Assembly (NCBI GenBank): GCA_019828565.1
Contig: JAHDYR010000067.1
Span: forward strand, 278,244 to 342,243
Length of the DNA stretch: 64,000 nucleotides
Reading direction: 5' to 3'
Source of the DNA: Carpediemonas membranifera BICM
Lineage: Eukaryota; Protista; Fornicata
The notes under the pieces are model-generated. The model was not told where the DNA came from. It saw nothing but the letters and a program-made list of their open reading frames with translations, and did no database searches. This document shows positions 29,022 to 41,000 of this stretch, piece by piece. Both the position numbers and the translations under genes were made by a program. How positions within the stretch are numbered: position 1 is the first letter of the stretch; each line of letters opens with the position of its first letter.

Positions 29022-30614
29022 TTAATTTTTCTTAGGAATCGCTGCCAGGGCGGTCGGCCCAGCAGGCATGACCAGCCGCCCCCCCACTGCTGGCCGGGGC
29101 AGCGGCGGCAGTCTCATCTTGTCCGGCACCCGCGGCAACATCGGCTCGGGTGGGCTCCCGGTGTCCAGCTTGCCCGCCCCGGCCCCGTCCTGGGGCACTA
29201 GCGGCTCCATGGACATCGACGTCGGGAACTGCTGGGTACGGCGCTTCTTGGCACTAGCCAGAGAGGCTCCGGTCAGCGCGCTGGTAGCTACAATGGCCAT
29301 GGCCACGAGGAGGATGAAGATGATGAGGCCGAGGAGGATGGCGGCCACTACTGCCCCGCCGACGACGACAAGCACAGTGGTCGTGGGAAAGCCGCTGCCA
29401 GAGCCAGAACCAGAAGCTGGGACCGAATAGGCCACGTTGCCATCCATCGCCCCGATGATGAGAGCGTCAACGTCAGATAAATATGCAAATGAGGACCCGA
29501 ACCAATCTCCACGGTGGTCCTCGGCGGTGTCAACAAGGGTGGAGGCAAGCGCCCAGGTCGCAGAGTCAGTTCGTTCATAGAGAATGACGGCTCCATGATC
29601 AGTTTTGACCCAATATGGGGCTGATATGAAGATCTCGGTGTCCGACTTGAACTGGAGGTGCATGCCGAAGAAGGCGCCGTTGGCGTACTTCTCGGGGGGT
29701 CTGAGTGTGGTTGTGTGGGTCCAGGTCGTCCCATCAGCCTCTAGTTCAAGGAAGTCTACGCCTCCTGAAGGATAAAAAAAGTTGTGACCAGGTTGGGTCA
29801 TGAGATACGAGGCGACCGCAAGGATCTTTCCATTGGGAGAAAACACAGCAGCAGAGGCAGGCATGCTTCTCACAGTGACGTTAGTAGCGTACTGAATGCT
29901 TTGCTGGTGCTGGAGCTCACAGTCTGGGCCTACGGAGTAGAAGGCCGCAGTGACGTTGGCTCCATTCCATCCGAAGCGGTCGACAGTCGCGTTGTAGACG
30001 TCGTATCCTGCTGCTAGACGTCCATCGTTGTACGCCAGACTCGACACCCTGGCAATGAAGCCAGCGGGGGCGCTGAAGTCCATAGTCTGACTCAAACCGC
30101 ACGCCCCGCCCGAGAGCTTGTAAACCTCGATGCGGTTGAGTGATGAAACAACTAGAGCACCGTTAACAACAACAAAGTCGACAGCGGAAGCGGAAAGGAT
30201 GACTTCTTGGGAGAGGGTGAGGGAGGTGGGGTTGATCGCGAAGAGGAGGATGCCACCGGAGCCGCCGGTGGAGTTGTAGGTGATGCAGGCAAGCGTGGAG
30301 TCGTCCACAAAGCTTGAAAAATGCCCTACAGAGGCATCGAGGCGCCCGGTGGTGCTTGAACGTGGGTTGAAAAGAGATGTGCCAGCTCGATCAAATACAG
30401 TGATTGCGCCCGAAACCACACCGCCAACTGTACTCAGTGGGGAGGAAATAGCCACCGTCTTGTCCGAAAAAGCCACTGCTCTGCCGAAAGAGTGAACCTT
30501 TGTGTTACTGATAATCGGCGGCGGAATCACTGTGCTATCTGCCATGTCGAAGCCGTATATGCATACTACCAACAGTATCAGTCCCAATAACCTTGCATTG
30601 GCAGCAATCAGCAT
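29022..30614 (-). CDS. Single-propeller FG-GAP-like type I membrane protein with Pro-rich tail
   Basis: Signal-like N-terminus ([14 protein letters not shown]), FGRAVA, FFGMHL, ISAP...GAVILY, WFGSSFA...IIGA, long TM, KKRR, Pro-rich tail. Confidence 0.8.
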   Translation of the reverse strand: MLIAANARLLGLILLVVCIYGFDMADSTVIPPPIISNTKVHSFGRAVAFSDKTVAISSPLSTVGGVVSGAITVFDRAGTSLFNPRSSTTGRLDASVGHFSSFVDDSTLACITYNSTGGSGGILLFAINPTSLTLSQEVILSASAVDFVVVNGALVVSSLNRIEVYKLSGGACGLSQTMDFSAPAGFIARVSSLAYNDGRLAAGYDVYNATVDRFGWNGANVTAAFYSVGPDCELQHQQSIQYATNVTVRSMPASAAVFSPNGKILAVASYLMTQPGHNFFYPSGGVDFLELEADGTTWTHTTTLRPPEKYANGAFFGMHLQFKSDTEIFISAPYWVKTDHGAVILYERTDSATWALASTLVDTAEDHRGDWFGSSFAYLSDVDALIIGAMDGNVAYSVPASGSGSGSGFPTTTVLVVVGGAVVAAILLGLIIFILLVAMAIVATSALTGASLASAKKRRTQQFPTSMSMEPLVPQDGAGAGKLDTGSPPEPMLPRVPDKMRLPPLPRPAVGGRLVMPAGPTALAAIPKKN

Positions 30615-30900
30615 AATCACCGTTGAGATCGAGCAAAAGATCTCATCCCATTTTTCACAGAAGCACGACCATCCACGACCACACGTCATCACGGGTGTCA
30701 GATCAAGCAGCCACACGAGGTACAGGGCGGTCTCAACGATGCCCTTCACCCCGCCCTTGCTCCCACGCGTCTCAAAACAAAGTCGAGCAGTTTACAGCAA
30801 TATGGTGCATTCACCTGATGAGGACATGGAATTGGCACTCCATCGCTACTGGGCAGGGCTCCATCACACGTGGCCTTGTTCAGAGACGCCACACCCTCAT

Positions 30901-31317
30901 GCCCAAATCGATGCCCTTTACGACGGCATCGATTTCAAATCGACCATCACACGTATCTTTTTTGAAGACTTCTGCAGCGACGTCTTCCGCTCAACGATTG
31001 AGATGGTTCAGCGTGTGCTCGACGACGCCAAGCTTGCCAAGCGTGATATTGACGAGATCATGCTCGTCGGCGGGTCGACCCGCATACCCAAGGTCCGCCA
31101 GATGCTCAAGGACTTTTTCTAAGGAAAGGAGCCCTGTCAGAACATCAACCCTGACGAAGCAGTTGCCTACGGAGCTGCCATTCAAGCCGCCCTCCTCTCC
31201 AAGGGCGAGGCTAAGATGATTGAGCGGGTTAAGCTCATCGACGTCACCCCGCTCTCCCTCGGCATTAGGATCTGGGAAGACGGTGTTCGTGGCGTGATGA
31301 GCACCATTATCCCACGT
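30901..31317 (+). pseudogene. Internal Hsp70 gene fragment with in-frame stop
   Basis: [74 protein letters not shown] at 31120-31122; no N- or C-terminal Hsp70 regions nearby. Confidence 0.9.
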
Positions 31318-31374
31318 ATTTCCTTAAACTGCACCCGGTCTGGTTTCTTCCGTGACGAACACTTCGCGAAAACG

Positions 31375-32098
31375 ATGGCTGTGGACAAAAATCTCGAAGT
31401 TCTTTGGTACTGGCCGAACATTGTCGGCTATGCCCGCATTATCACAGCGTTTATCGCCTTTTTCTTCATGCCTATCAACCCTTGGCTCACTTTTTGGTAT
31501 GTTGTGCTCGCAGGCCTCTTCTGTCTCTCGAGTAGCTGCTAACATCACTTCTTTATATAGGTTCTACATGTTTTCATTCGCCGCCGATGGCCTTGACGGC
31601 TACCTCGCCCGCCTCTTCCACCAGTCCACCCGTTTCGGCGCTTGCCTCGACATGATCACCGATCGCTTTGCCACTGCCTGCCTCTGCCTTGTTCTTGCCC
31701 GCTTCTACCCCGATTGGACCCTTCTTCTCCAGGCCGAGGTTGCCCTCGACCTCTCGAGCCACTACATCCAGATGTACGCCTCCCTCTCCACGGGCAAGTC
31801 CTCCCACAAGTCCATGGATGAGACTAAGTCCCGTCTCATGCGCCTTTATTACGAACACCGCTCCGTGCTCGCCACTCTGTGTGCGGGCAACGAGGTCTTC
31901 TTCGTCTGCGCCTACATGCTCCACTGGTACCCCACGTCCATGTTCTGGCTCGTGCTGTTCGTCATCAGCGTGCCCTTCATTGTCCTGAAGCAGCTCATCA
32001 ACGTCATCCAGCTCTGCTCAGCCAGCATGGCCCTGATCGACCTGGACACGACGCCCCCAGTCATGGAGGTGCGCAAGGACGCCGCCCTCGTCGAGTGA
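31375..32098 (+). CDS. PIS1: Phosphatidylinositol synthase (CDP-alcohol phosphotransferase), one intron 31497-31560
   Basis: [11 protein letters not shown] in exon 1; DGLDGYLAR...[28 protein letters not shown] and KQLINVIQL in exon 2. Splicing restores the frame. Confidence 0.95.
31497..31560 (+). other. Spliceosomal intron, 64 nt (PI synthase)
   Basis: GTATGT...GCTAAC...TTTATATAG; removal joins the two coding frames (TG|G = Trp). Confidence 0.9.
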
Positions 32099-32344
32099 TC
32101 ATGCTAAATTACTATTACCGGATGTTTCCAGGGCTGCCTGACCCAAGCCGGCCATCGCTGGGACGATTGGTCTGGGAAAGTCATGGCCTTCTGAGACAGT
32201 TATTGAAAAATAATATCCCGCCAAGCTGGGGCAATTTGGACGCTAATGCCAGCGCTGGCAGTTTGGGCAGCTCGATCTCGCCTAATTAGGGAAGATTTGG
32301 GGACGGCGAAAAAGGGAGAGTCGATCTAGAGTCGAGCGCAAAGA

Positions 32345-33076
32345 ATGGCATCAAGCAGCGTAGGCTATGCGACGTTCATCGACGCGCTTTGTGGGCTGAG
32401 AGGGTATCAAATCCTTGCTAGGATCCCCGACGAATACCTGCGTGATGCCTTCAACTTGACGGGTTTGTCCACCGAACACCCGTATTTCAACGAATCCCTG
32501 AAGATTCTTCTCAGCAGAAGCCACTTTGACGGATCGATGACCTCTGAAGCTGCAGAGAACGCGAAACTGCTGTACGGCATGATACATGCACGGTACATCA
32601 CGACCACCCACGGGCTCGGACGAATGCGCGAGAAGTACACGAAGGGAATCTTTGGCACATGCATGCGCTGCAGCTGCGCGAAGACCGGCCTGCTTCCCGT
32701 TGGCGCCAACGACCAGCCCGGCGTCACTTCGGTGAAGTTCTTTTGCCCCACCTGCCAAGACGTATACCACCCCACCGTCAAGGCCCACACGACCATCGAC
32801 GGTGCTTTTTTCGGTACCACTTTCCCTCACCTTTTCATGTTCCAGCACACGGCGCTCCACTCGGCCGTGAACCCGAGACCATACGTCCCAAAAATCTTCG
32901 GGTTTGCCATTTATGATGAGAAGTGGAGCAAGAAGCGCGCAGCCATCGCGAGAAGGAGGATAAGAGGCGAAGATCCTGCCGAGGATCTGGCGAAGTTGCC
33001 GCCCAGACAGGCGGCGATGGTCCCCCGGCTCAGCGGGCAGCGGTTCGTGGTGTTTGATGGGGCAATTGATGAATGA
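32345..33076 (+). CDS. CKB1: Casein kinase II regulatory beta subunit
   Basis: DAFNLTGL, LYGMIHARYI, FGTCMRCSC, LLPVG, KFFCPTCQDVY, IDGAFFGTTFPHLF, YVPKIFGF. Confidence 0.97.
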   Translation: MASSSVGYATFIDALCGLRGYQILARIPDEYLRDAFNLTGLSTEHPYFNESLKILLSRSHFDGSMTSEAAENAKLLYGMIHARYITTTHGLGRMREKYTKGIFGTCMRCSCAKTGLLPVGANDQPGVTSVKFFCPTCQDVYHPTVKAHTTIDGAFFGTTFPHLFMFQHTALHSAVNPRPYVPKIFGFAIYDEKWSKKRAAIARRRIRGEDPAEDLAKLPPRQAAMVPRLSGQRFVVFDGAIDE

Positions 33077-33198
33077 GCAAGTAGTGCAGTATATTAGCTG
33101 GTAAACGTAGCAAGGGCTAGTGCTGGGGGGATTTACGTGAGTTACGTTGAGTTTGGTGAGAATTACGTGAAGAAGAAACAAGGGAAGAGCTAGGCAGG

Positions 33199-33725
33199 AT
33201 GTCGTCTATTTGCATGCTTGTGATCTTCAATAGAAGTGGAGAGCCTATATTTGAGCGTTCATATCAATGGTCTCCAACGATGCGCGCCCTACTGCCACAA
33301 ACTACGCCCTGCCTCAACGACGAGGCCGTTGGGCTTCTCTCAGGCCTTGTATTCTCTCTGCGGCCATTTGTATCAAAGATATCTCCCAAGAAGTACGCTT
33401 TCTTCCCATTCACTCACGCAGCTCCGCCGACAGTGTCAATTGCTTCACCACAGAGGAGAAAACGTACCACTTGCTCGAGACAGCGACCGGTTTGAAGTTC
33501 ATCATTGTTACTGGACCCAACGTGACTCCAATGACGAACGAGCTGCAGCAGATCTACCAATTGTTCGCGAGCACAGTCGCCCTAAACCCGCTCAACCGCC
33601 CCCACCAGGCCAGTGAAGACGCCCCCAGCGAGGGAAAGGCTGACAACAAGAAGCCCAATGGACAGATAGTGAGTGCCAGCTTCTGCACGGCCCTGGACTC
33701 CTTCTTGACCCGGCTCAGCTCATAG
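33199..33725 (+). CDS. TRAPPC1: TRAPP subunit Bet5/TRAPPC1, one intron 33393-33421
   Basis: IFNRSG, LLSGLVFSLRPFVSKISP, then after the 29-nt intron FTT..YHLLETATGLKFIIVT, LQQIY, NPL. Confidence 0.88.
33393..33421 (+). other. Spliceosomal intron, 29 nt (TRAPPC1)
   Basis: GTACGC...ACTCACGCAG; removal restores the frame. Confidence 0.88.
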
Positions 33726-34004
33726 AGTTGGATGATGGCGTGACATGTGCGAACAGAATAGTAAACAGTGCTTGTATGGTAATGGGGCTGTGAGCCGACT
33801 TGGTTGGGCAACAGCTAGGATTGAACGTCCTGCTTCCAGTTCGGACATTGCGTCGATGGCGTCTCGGAACAAAAATTGTGGAATTGGGCTTATTCGGCTG
33901 GCTCCATTCCTCTGTCTTGGCAGAGCTAGCCTGCCGACAGCAGAGCCTGAGATTTGCCGGCAGAAATTTTTCTCGCAAAAATTCGCTTGTTGAAAGCCAC
34001 GCTC

Positions 34005-35744
34005 ATGAACACGAATCTGCAGCCCGCCATCGTCTTGCTGAAGGATGGAAGTGAACAAGCCCAAGGTTCCTCTCATATCCTCACAAACATCAAGGCCTCT
34101 AAGGCTGTTTGCGACACAATCAAGACAACCCTTGGTCCAAGGGGGATGGACAAGCTCCTCCAGGGACAGAATGGCACTATCGTGAGCAATGATGGTGCTA
34201 CTATCATGCGCGAGCTCGATGTTGTTCACCCCGCCGCCAAGACTCTTGTCGACATTTCCCGTGCTCAGGACATCGAGATCGGTGATGGTACCACCTCTGT
34301 CGTGGTTCTTGCTGGCGCTATGCTTGAAGCTGCCCGTCCCTACATCGAGGAGGGCATTCACGCCAACACTATCATCTCTACGTTCCGCAAGGGCGGCGAG
34401 CTCGCGGCGAAGGTTGTGGAAGCCTTTGCCACAACTCAGGCAACCGATACTGAGGTTCTGCGTCGTCTCGCCTCCACCTCTATGAACTCCAAGCTGATCT
34501 CTGCAAGCAGCAAGTTCCTGTCTCAGCTTGTTGTCGACGCCGTCTCGGTTGACGCCGAGCTTGGCATCAAGACCGAGCTTGGCGGCTCGCTCGAGGAGAC
34601 ACAGCTGATCCACGGCATTGCGTTCAAGAGAACGTTCACATATGCCGGTGCCGAACAGCAGGAGAAGCACTTCGTGAACCCCAAGATCGCGCTCCTCAAC
34701 GTCGAGCTCGAGCTCAAGGCCGAGAAGGACAATGCTGAGATCCGCATCTCTGATCCCGCTAAGTTCCAGGAGATCGTGGCGACCGAGCACGACATCATTC
34801 GCTCCAAGCTCGAGACCATCAAGGCAACGGGCGCCAACGTCGTCCTCTCCAAGCTCGCCATCGGTGATCTCGCCACCCAGTGGTTTGCCGACGAGGGCAT
34901 GTTCTCTGCCGGCCGTGTCGACGGCGACGACATGAAGCGTCTCGTCGCTGCTACCGGCGGCAAGGTGCTGTCCACTGTCAACGGCATGAACGCGACACAC
35001 CTCGGTGTCTGCGAGTCCTTCGACGAGGAGTATCTCGGGTCGACCCCCTACAACTTCTTCCGCGGCTGCCCCGCTGCCACGCTCATCATCAGAGGCGGTG
35101 CTGAGCAGTTTATCGCAGAGACGGAACGCTCGCTCCATGACGCCATCATGGTTGTCCGCCGCTCAATTAAGACCGCCAACCAGCGCGTCGTTGCTGGCGG
35201 CGGGGCCGTTGAGATGGAGATCTCCCGCCAACTCCAGGAGGCCGCGGGCGAGATCGTCGGCAAGGAGCAGTTCCTCCTCGGCGCGTACGGCAAGGCGTTC
35301 GAGACCATCCCCCGCCAGCTCATCGAGAACGCCGGCTTCGACGCCACGACTGTGCTTAACATGCTTCGTACCGTCCACGCTGAGCCCGACGTCCCCTTTG
35401 ACTCGACTCAACCCGAGTCTGACTTCAACCGCAACCGGTTTGCTGGTGTCAACATCAAGGAGGAGGGCATCATCAACACCCACGCCGCCTTTGTCTGGGA
35501 GCCCATCCAGATCAAGCTCAACGCGATCCAGGCCGCCACTGAGGCTGCTTGCCAGATCCTGTCGATCGATATGACTGTGTCCAACCCCAAGCACGAGCAG
35601 GCCCAGGCCCAGGCCAGGCAAGACCACCACGCGATGCAGCAGAAGATGGCCAACGCCGGCATTACGCCCCAGGCCGCTGCGGCAGGTATGGGCGGTGGCA
35701 TGGGTGGCGGCATGAGGCATTTCCAGGGCCGCCGCGGAAGGTAA
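34005..35744 (+). CDS. CCT7: Chaperonin CCT/TRiC subunit eta
   Basis: QPAIVLLKDG, TTLGPRGMDKL, GDGTTS, AFKRTFTYAG.EQQ, LELKAEKDNAEIR, RGGAEQFI.ETERSLHDAIM, FVWEP. Confidence 0.96.
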   Translation: MNTNLQPAIVLLKDGSEQAQGSSHILTNIKASKAVCDTIKTTLGPRGMDKLLQGQNGTIVSNDGATIMRELDVVHPAAKTLVDISRAQDIEIGDGTTSVVVLAGAMLEAARPYIEEGIHANTIISTFRKGGELAAKVVEAFATTQATDTEVLRRLASTSMNSKLISASSKFLSQLVVDAVSVDAELGIKTELGGSLEETQLIHGIAFKRTFTYAGAEQQEKHFVNPKIALLNVELELKAEKDNAEIRISDPAKFQEIVATEHDIIRSKLETIKATGANVVLSKLAIGDLATQWFADEGMFSAGRVDGDDMKRLVAATGGKVLSTVNGMNATHLGVCESFDEEYLGSTPYNFFRGCPAATLIIRGGAEQFIAETERSLHDAIMVVRRSIKTANQRVVAGGGAVEMEISRQLQEAAGEIVGKEQFLLGAYGKAFETIPRQLIENAGFDATTVLNMLRTVHAEPDVPFDSTQPESDFNRNRFAGVNIKEEGIINTHAAFVWEPIQIKLNAIQAATEAACQILSIDMTVSNPKHEQAQAQARQDHHAMQQKMANAGITPQAAAAGMGGGMGGGMRHFQGRRGR

Positions 35745-35984
35745 ATAGTAAGGTGTTAATGAGGAATGCTGGACAGCCTTGGTTTGGCTGGTTGTGTGGA
35801 GCGGGTGTCAAGGTTAGTAACTCCCTTGAATAAGCAGTTTAGAGCTCCAAAAAACAAGGCTGGGTGGGTCGGCTAGCTTAGCAGCTGGTCGACACGTGCA
35901 TGGCCCGCCCAAAGTCGAATCTCGTTTGTATCTCCGGATCTGACCCTGCAGGACCGGAAGTCCGAAGACCCGACCGAAGGACTC

Positions 35985-37748
35985 ATGCTTAGCTCGCTTG
36001 GAAAGCGCTTTCTGTCCTCAAATACGGTTAATATCACTCTCAATGGCCTAAAGGTGGCTGTTCCCGCGAGTTCAACGATCCTCGATAGCTGCAAGGCCAA
36101 CAATTGCTTTGTGCCGACTTTGTGCTACCATCCTCGTCTCCCCGAGTCAGGTTCTTGCCGTCTGTGCCTTGTAGACGTAGAAGGATGCGGTTCGCCGCTT
36201 CCTGCATGCCGTACAAAGGTCTGGGAGGGAATGAACATCTGCACCGAGACGGAGCGTGTCGCCGATGCCGTTCGGCTCAACCTTGAGATGATTGCGCAAA
36301 ACCACTGCTTCTCCTGCGCCTCCTGTGCTGTGGACGGCGAGTGCGAGCTGCAAGACCTCCTCCGCATCTACGGCATTCCCCAGCCCGCCAACACCATCAC
36401 CCCCCTCCTATTTGGCGGCTCCTCCGCCATCGCCTGCGACTCTACAAAGTGTGTAGCCTGCGGCCGCTGTGTCCAGGCCTGCGCGGCTCTCCAGGGCCTC
36501 GGCGTGTGGGAGTACGGTGGCCGGGCCCACGCCTCTCTGCCCCAGACCTCTGGTCACGCACCCCTCGATGCCACGGCCTGCATCAACTGCGGCCAGTGTG
36601 CCACGTTCTGCCCCACTGGAGCCCTGACCGAGAGGGACCAGGTGGCGGAAGTCATGGCTGTAATAAGGGCAAAGAAGGCGGCGGGAAAGACCGTTGTTAT
36701 TCAAACCGCCCCTGCGGTTCGGGTTACGATCTCCGAGGCCTTCGGAATGGAGCCCGGTACTGTTACGACCGGCCAACTCGTCGCTGCCCTGAAGAAGGCC
36801 GGCTTCGACCATGTTTTCGACGTCGACTTTGCCGCTGACCTGACGATCATGGAGGAGGGCACTGAGCTCCTCTCCCGCCTCGGCAAGGGCGGCCCCATGA
36901 TGACCTCCTGTTGCCCGGGCTGGGTCAACTTTGTCGAGAAGCACTACCCCGACTTCATCCCCAACCTCTCCTCGTGCAAGTCACCCCAGGGCATGATGGG
37001 CGCCGTGGTGAAGACGTATTGGGCCGAGAAGATGGGCATCGCGCCAGAGGACATCTTCCTTGTCTCGGCCATGCCGTGTACCGCAAAGAAGGACGAGGCC
37101 GCTAGACCCCAGCTCGAGGGTGACGTTGACGTCGTCCTCACCACCCGCGAGCTCGCCAGACTCCTTAAACTGCACCGACCTGGTGTGAACTTCTCGACCC
37201 TGGCGCCGGAGTCGTTCAGCGATCCGCACGGCCTCGGCGACTCTACTGGCGCTGCTGTGCTGTTCGGTGCCTCTGGCGGTGTGATGGAGGCTGCCCTCCG
37301 TACCGTCCACGCGGTCGTCACTGGCGAGGAGCTCCCCGACGCCCTACTCGACCTCGAGGGGGCCGTGCGCCCTAACGGTGAGAGTCTCCACACAGCCACC
37401 GTTCCCGTGGGCGATGCCAATGTCCGTGTTGCCGTCGTGCATGGTCTTCAGGCCACCCGGGAGTTCCTCGAGCGTTTGAAGGCCGGGGAAGAATATGACT
37501 TTGTCGAAGTCATGGCCTGCCCTGGTGGGTGTGTCGGCGGCGGGGGCAACCCTTCGAGCCAGGACGGCGACATCCTTGCCCGCCGCACTGCTGGCATTTA
37601 CGGGGACGACGTCAACATGGCGGTTCGGCGGTCGCACAAGAATGAGGGGGTGAAGGCGCTTTATGATGAGTTCCTTGGTTCTCCGAACGGGCACAAGAGT
37701 CACGAGCTGCTCCATACAACGTACACTGATAGATCTGTAAAGTTATGA
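35985..37748 (+). CDS. hydA: [FeFe]-hydrogenase, group A long form ([2Fe-2S], His-ligated [4Fe-4S], 2x[4Fe-4S], H-cluster) with short N-terminal leader
   Basis: PTLCY..GSCRLCLV, HCFSCASC...CELQ, CVACGRC, CINCGQC..CP; H-cluster motifs TSCCPGW, MPCTAKKDE and EVMACPGGCVGGGG; ends HELLHTTY. Confidence 0.98.
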   Translation: MLSSLGKRFLSSNTVNITLNGLKVAVPASSTILDSCKANNCFVPTLCYHPRLPESGSCRLCLVDVEGCGSPLPACRTKVWEGMNICTETERVADAVRLNLEMIAQNHCFSCASCAVDGECELQDLLRIYGIPQPANTITPLLFGGSSAIACDSTKCVACGRCVQACAALQGLGVWEYGGRAHASLPQTSGHAPLDATACINCGQCATFCPTGALTERDQVAEVMAVIRAKKAAGKTVVIQTAPAVRVTISEAFGMEPGTVTTGQLVAALKKAGFDHVFDVDFAADLTIMEEGTELLSRLGKGGPMMTSCCPGWVNFVEKHYPDFIPNLSSCKSPQGMMGAVVKTYWAEKMGIAPEDIFLVSAMPCTAKKDEAARPQLEGDVDVVLTTRELARLLKLHRPGVNFSTLAPESFSDPHGLGDSTGAAVLFGASGGVMEAALRTVHAVVTGEELPDALLDLEGAVRPNGESLHTATVPVGDANVRVAVVHGLQATREFLERLKAGEEYDFVEVMACPGGCVGGGGNPSSQDGDILARRTAGIYGDDVNMAVRRSHKNEGVKALYDEFLGSPNGHKSHELLHTTYTDRSVKL

Positions 37749-38021
37749 GACTTGCTGAGTTGACCCAGGCTCATTCCAACAGCCGGCAACTGGTGATACT
37801 GACAATACTGCAGGTATCTTATTACCTCCTCTGCCGTTCCTTCGAGTTCTACGAGAGTGATGGCCGCGATTGATTGCAATTGATTGCAGGTCAATCATCG
37901 CTCAGCGGGGCTCAACAAACAACAAGCAGCCCATACCACTGTCATTCAGCCCCCAAGCCAGCATGATCCGGCCACGCTGCAGAGATCGAGATCCCGCAGT
38001 TTATCCTCTTGCGCAACGACG

Positions 38022-41000
38022 ATGGACGATGACGGCTTCGCATACCTGTCTACGGATGATTTCGAGGATGAATCAGACATAGATGCAGCTATATTACGGA
38101 CATCTGCAGCGGATCACGTCTCACACGTCATGCCTCGGGCAAATCCGCTACGACATGTTTCCTCGCTAGACGATGTTGTGCAGACGATGTCTGAGCAGTA
38201 CACACATCCAGTTATCCATCCAATACGGCGTACACCATCGCGACCTACGCTGTCCAGCATCCAGCCAGTTCCCGAGGGCCGCTATGACGGATCGACGCCG
38301 CCCCACCTTGCTTCCCCCTTCGACCTCAACCCCGCGCTCAACAGGGCGTTCACTGAGTGGCTTCACCGGGACGACGACAGCAATGAGCTCGATGCAGACC
38401 AACTCGTTGCTTTTACTTCGATGGTCACGGTGGAAGCCGACTTCGCCGAGGCGGACGTGTTCTTTCACCGGGAGCAGCACGAGGACTGTCTCATGGTGGC
38501 GCTAATGATCTCAGACAGGAACAGCAGGATCCCTGTGTTCGCGTACACAGCTGCTGACCAGCGCACCGAGCTTGAGGTCATGGCCGGCCTACTCGCCATC
38601 GCACGACTGCTACCAGTTGCAGGGTTCTCCATTTCCCTCTCGGAAGTCTCTGCATACTTCTTCATCAAGCTGGGCCACATCATGACGGCGGAGGTCGAGG
38701 CCAACACCGGGTCCGCGCCAGGGCTTAGGGAGTCGCTCGTGTGGTGCGTGCTGTCGGACTTGTACGGACTTCGGACCGACGAGGACCCGAGTTTGACTAT
38801 TTTTGAGACAATCGAATCGGCTATTTTCCGGCATTCCGGAAGATTGCAGGAACTGTTCACGATTGTTACAGAATACTTAATTGGCACGCGTGATGCAATT
38901 ATAGCCATGACTGACGAGGAAAGTGACTTGATAAGGCGAGTATCCCGTGAATCTACCAAATTCTCACCTCCAGTTCGATTCGACATCAACGACGTCCTGA
39001 TCAAAGCAATTCTACGCCTTGTCCACGACGTGTCACAATTCGTCGAGTTCGAGCCGACCCTGCACTCCGTTGCGACACAGACAACGGACCTCATTATCGC
39101 CACGCTGGGTCGGCTCAACACGATCAAGCCGACGCACCAGGCCGTCCTAGTCGACGCCGTGCACTTTATGGCGTCTCATGCGTGTATTTCTGAGCAGCTG
39201 GCCACCCGGACCTCGTTTTATCGCGTGTTCACGACCACCTGGCCCCCTTACCTCACCGCTAGCCTCGCCTCTGTGCTCAACGCCGTGATCGACGCCCAGG
39301 GCTGCCAGTACTCGGCCCCCGTCACCTCCATCGGCCCTACCCTCCCCGCCTTCCTCACCTCTCTCCTGGGAATGCTCGACGCCGTCCGCCACGGGTCGAC
39401 ACGCGACTACAACCCGACCACGCCGCCCTTTAGATATATTCAGACCGTCACCATGGATTCTAGGCCACATGGGCTGAGTCAGGTCATGGAGTGCATCATC
39501 AAACTCGCACATATTCCTGCCGTTTTAGACCACTTGCTCGGATTGAACGGGGTGGTGTCGGTCGGCGAGCCGCCCATCCTGGACCTCCTCACCGACTTCA
39601 TCACCCTCCCGCACCAGGGCATCGACTGCGACAGGTACGGGTTATACGGGTTTAGTGCGGCCGTGGATGCAAGGGTGCTCAGTGCGCTGGCGCTCACGGG
39701 CCATGCCTGTTACACCGCCCCCGAGCTGGCGATGCTCCGTCTGGACGAGAGACGGCTGCTCACACGCGATGTAACTCGAGTGAAGTCGCAATCTTTTCCG
39801 GAATTCCGGATTGTTGATGCGCGGTGGTTCCAGCGTGTGGCCGATAAGCTCTTCTACGCCCCCTCGAACGGCAGAGAGGCAGATGACAACGCACTGTCGT
39901 TCTTTGACATGATGTGCACTCTGCCACTCTTGGTAGATACGACGGTCGAGATCCAAATCTCACAGCCACTCGACATGGGCGCGCTCGTCAGGCAGGTGGC
40001 GCCTTTCCCAGTTGTCCTCCTAGCACTCGCGTTGAAGCAGACCGAGCCCCACTTGAAGCACGCCGCGCTGAGAGCATTCGCTGCATCATCTGGGTTGGTC
40101 TACACGACCAATAGCCGCACGGTCGGGTCGAACTTGGGCCGGGACTTGACCCATCTTGACGGAAGAGTCACGCAGTTTTTGGCAAAGATTGCCGGAATCG
40201 GTGTTTTCGCGTTGTTGTGCCAGATCGCACACTCGGTCCAGGATACCGACTTCTCTCCGGACGGCAAGACTGATTCCGGCACTCTCATCACTGTTTTTGA
40301 AGTTACACGCGAGATTCTAATCGCGACCAATGTATCTCAGCGGTATCTGATGGAATCTAGGTTTATTAGGAATCAAGCGGCAGCTCAGGCGGCAATTTCC
40401 GAGATGACCGAACTTTCCAAGGCCGCCGGCGCCCTCCTCGCCGTCTGCCCGCCCCCGCCCCCACGCCGCTACTACGCTATGCCCAGGCCTATCCAAGAAC
40501 CACCAGCGTCATGGCCGTGCAAACGTCGTGCCGAGCACATTCGTGACTCCCTTAAACTGCCCGACTCGAGGTGCAGTTTTGCATCCTTCATCGAGGCGTG
40601 CCCGCCGACCCAACCCTGTCCATCGCACACGCCGCACCCAGGCATTGCCCAGCCTGCTATCAACCCGGCGCTGACACACAGCCTGCCTCTCCCGGCCAGC
40701 AACGTCCACCGAATGTGGGGCCGGCATACTGACGCCCTCGCCGGCAACGGAGTCACGACAGTCGTGTCCCTCGGCTCCGGGTTCGGTGTGGGGCTGCCTA
40801 CCACTGCTGGGGCCTGGGACTCGACTGGGACCCACCCCGTGATCGCCTTTGACGACGGCATGGTGTGTCAGAGCACACCCGGGCTTGAGATCATCAACAG
40901 GCCGCTAGTGCCTGCCAGTACAGACCCAGATCTCCCGGAACCGCGGCGTATCATAGATTTATCGATGTCTACCGACGACCGCTTTGCCCTGATGACCACG

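Noticed and set aside
31120-31122. In-frame TAA in the Hsp70 fragment as evidence for TAA/TAG=Gln recoding (as in hexamitid diplomonads)
   Set aside because: Conserved genes here end at TAA/TAG at the expected positions (RPS15A, CCT7, IMP3, CYB5D1) and have no internal TAR codons. The fragment is also truncated at both ends.
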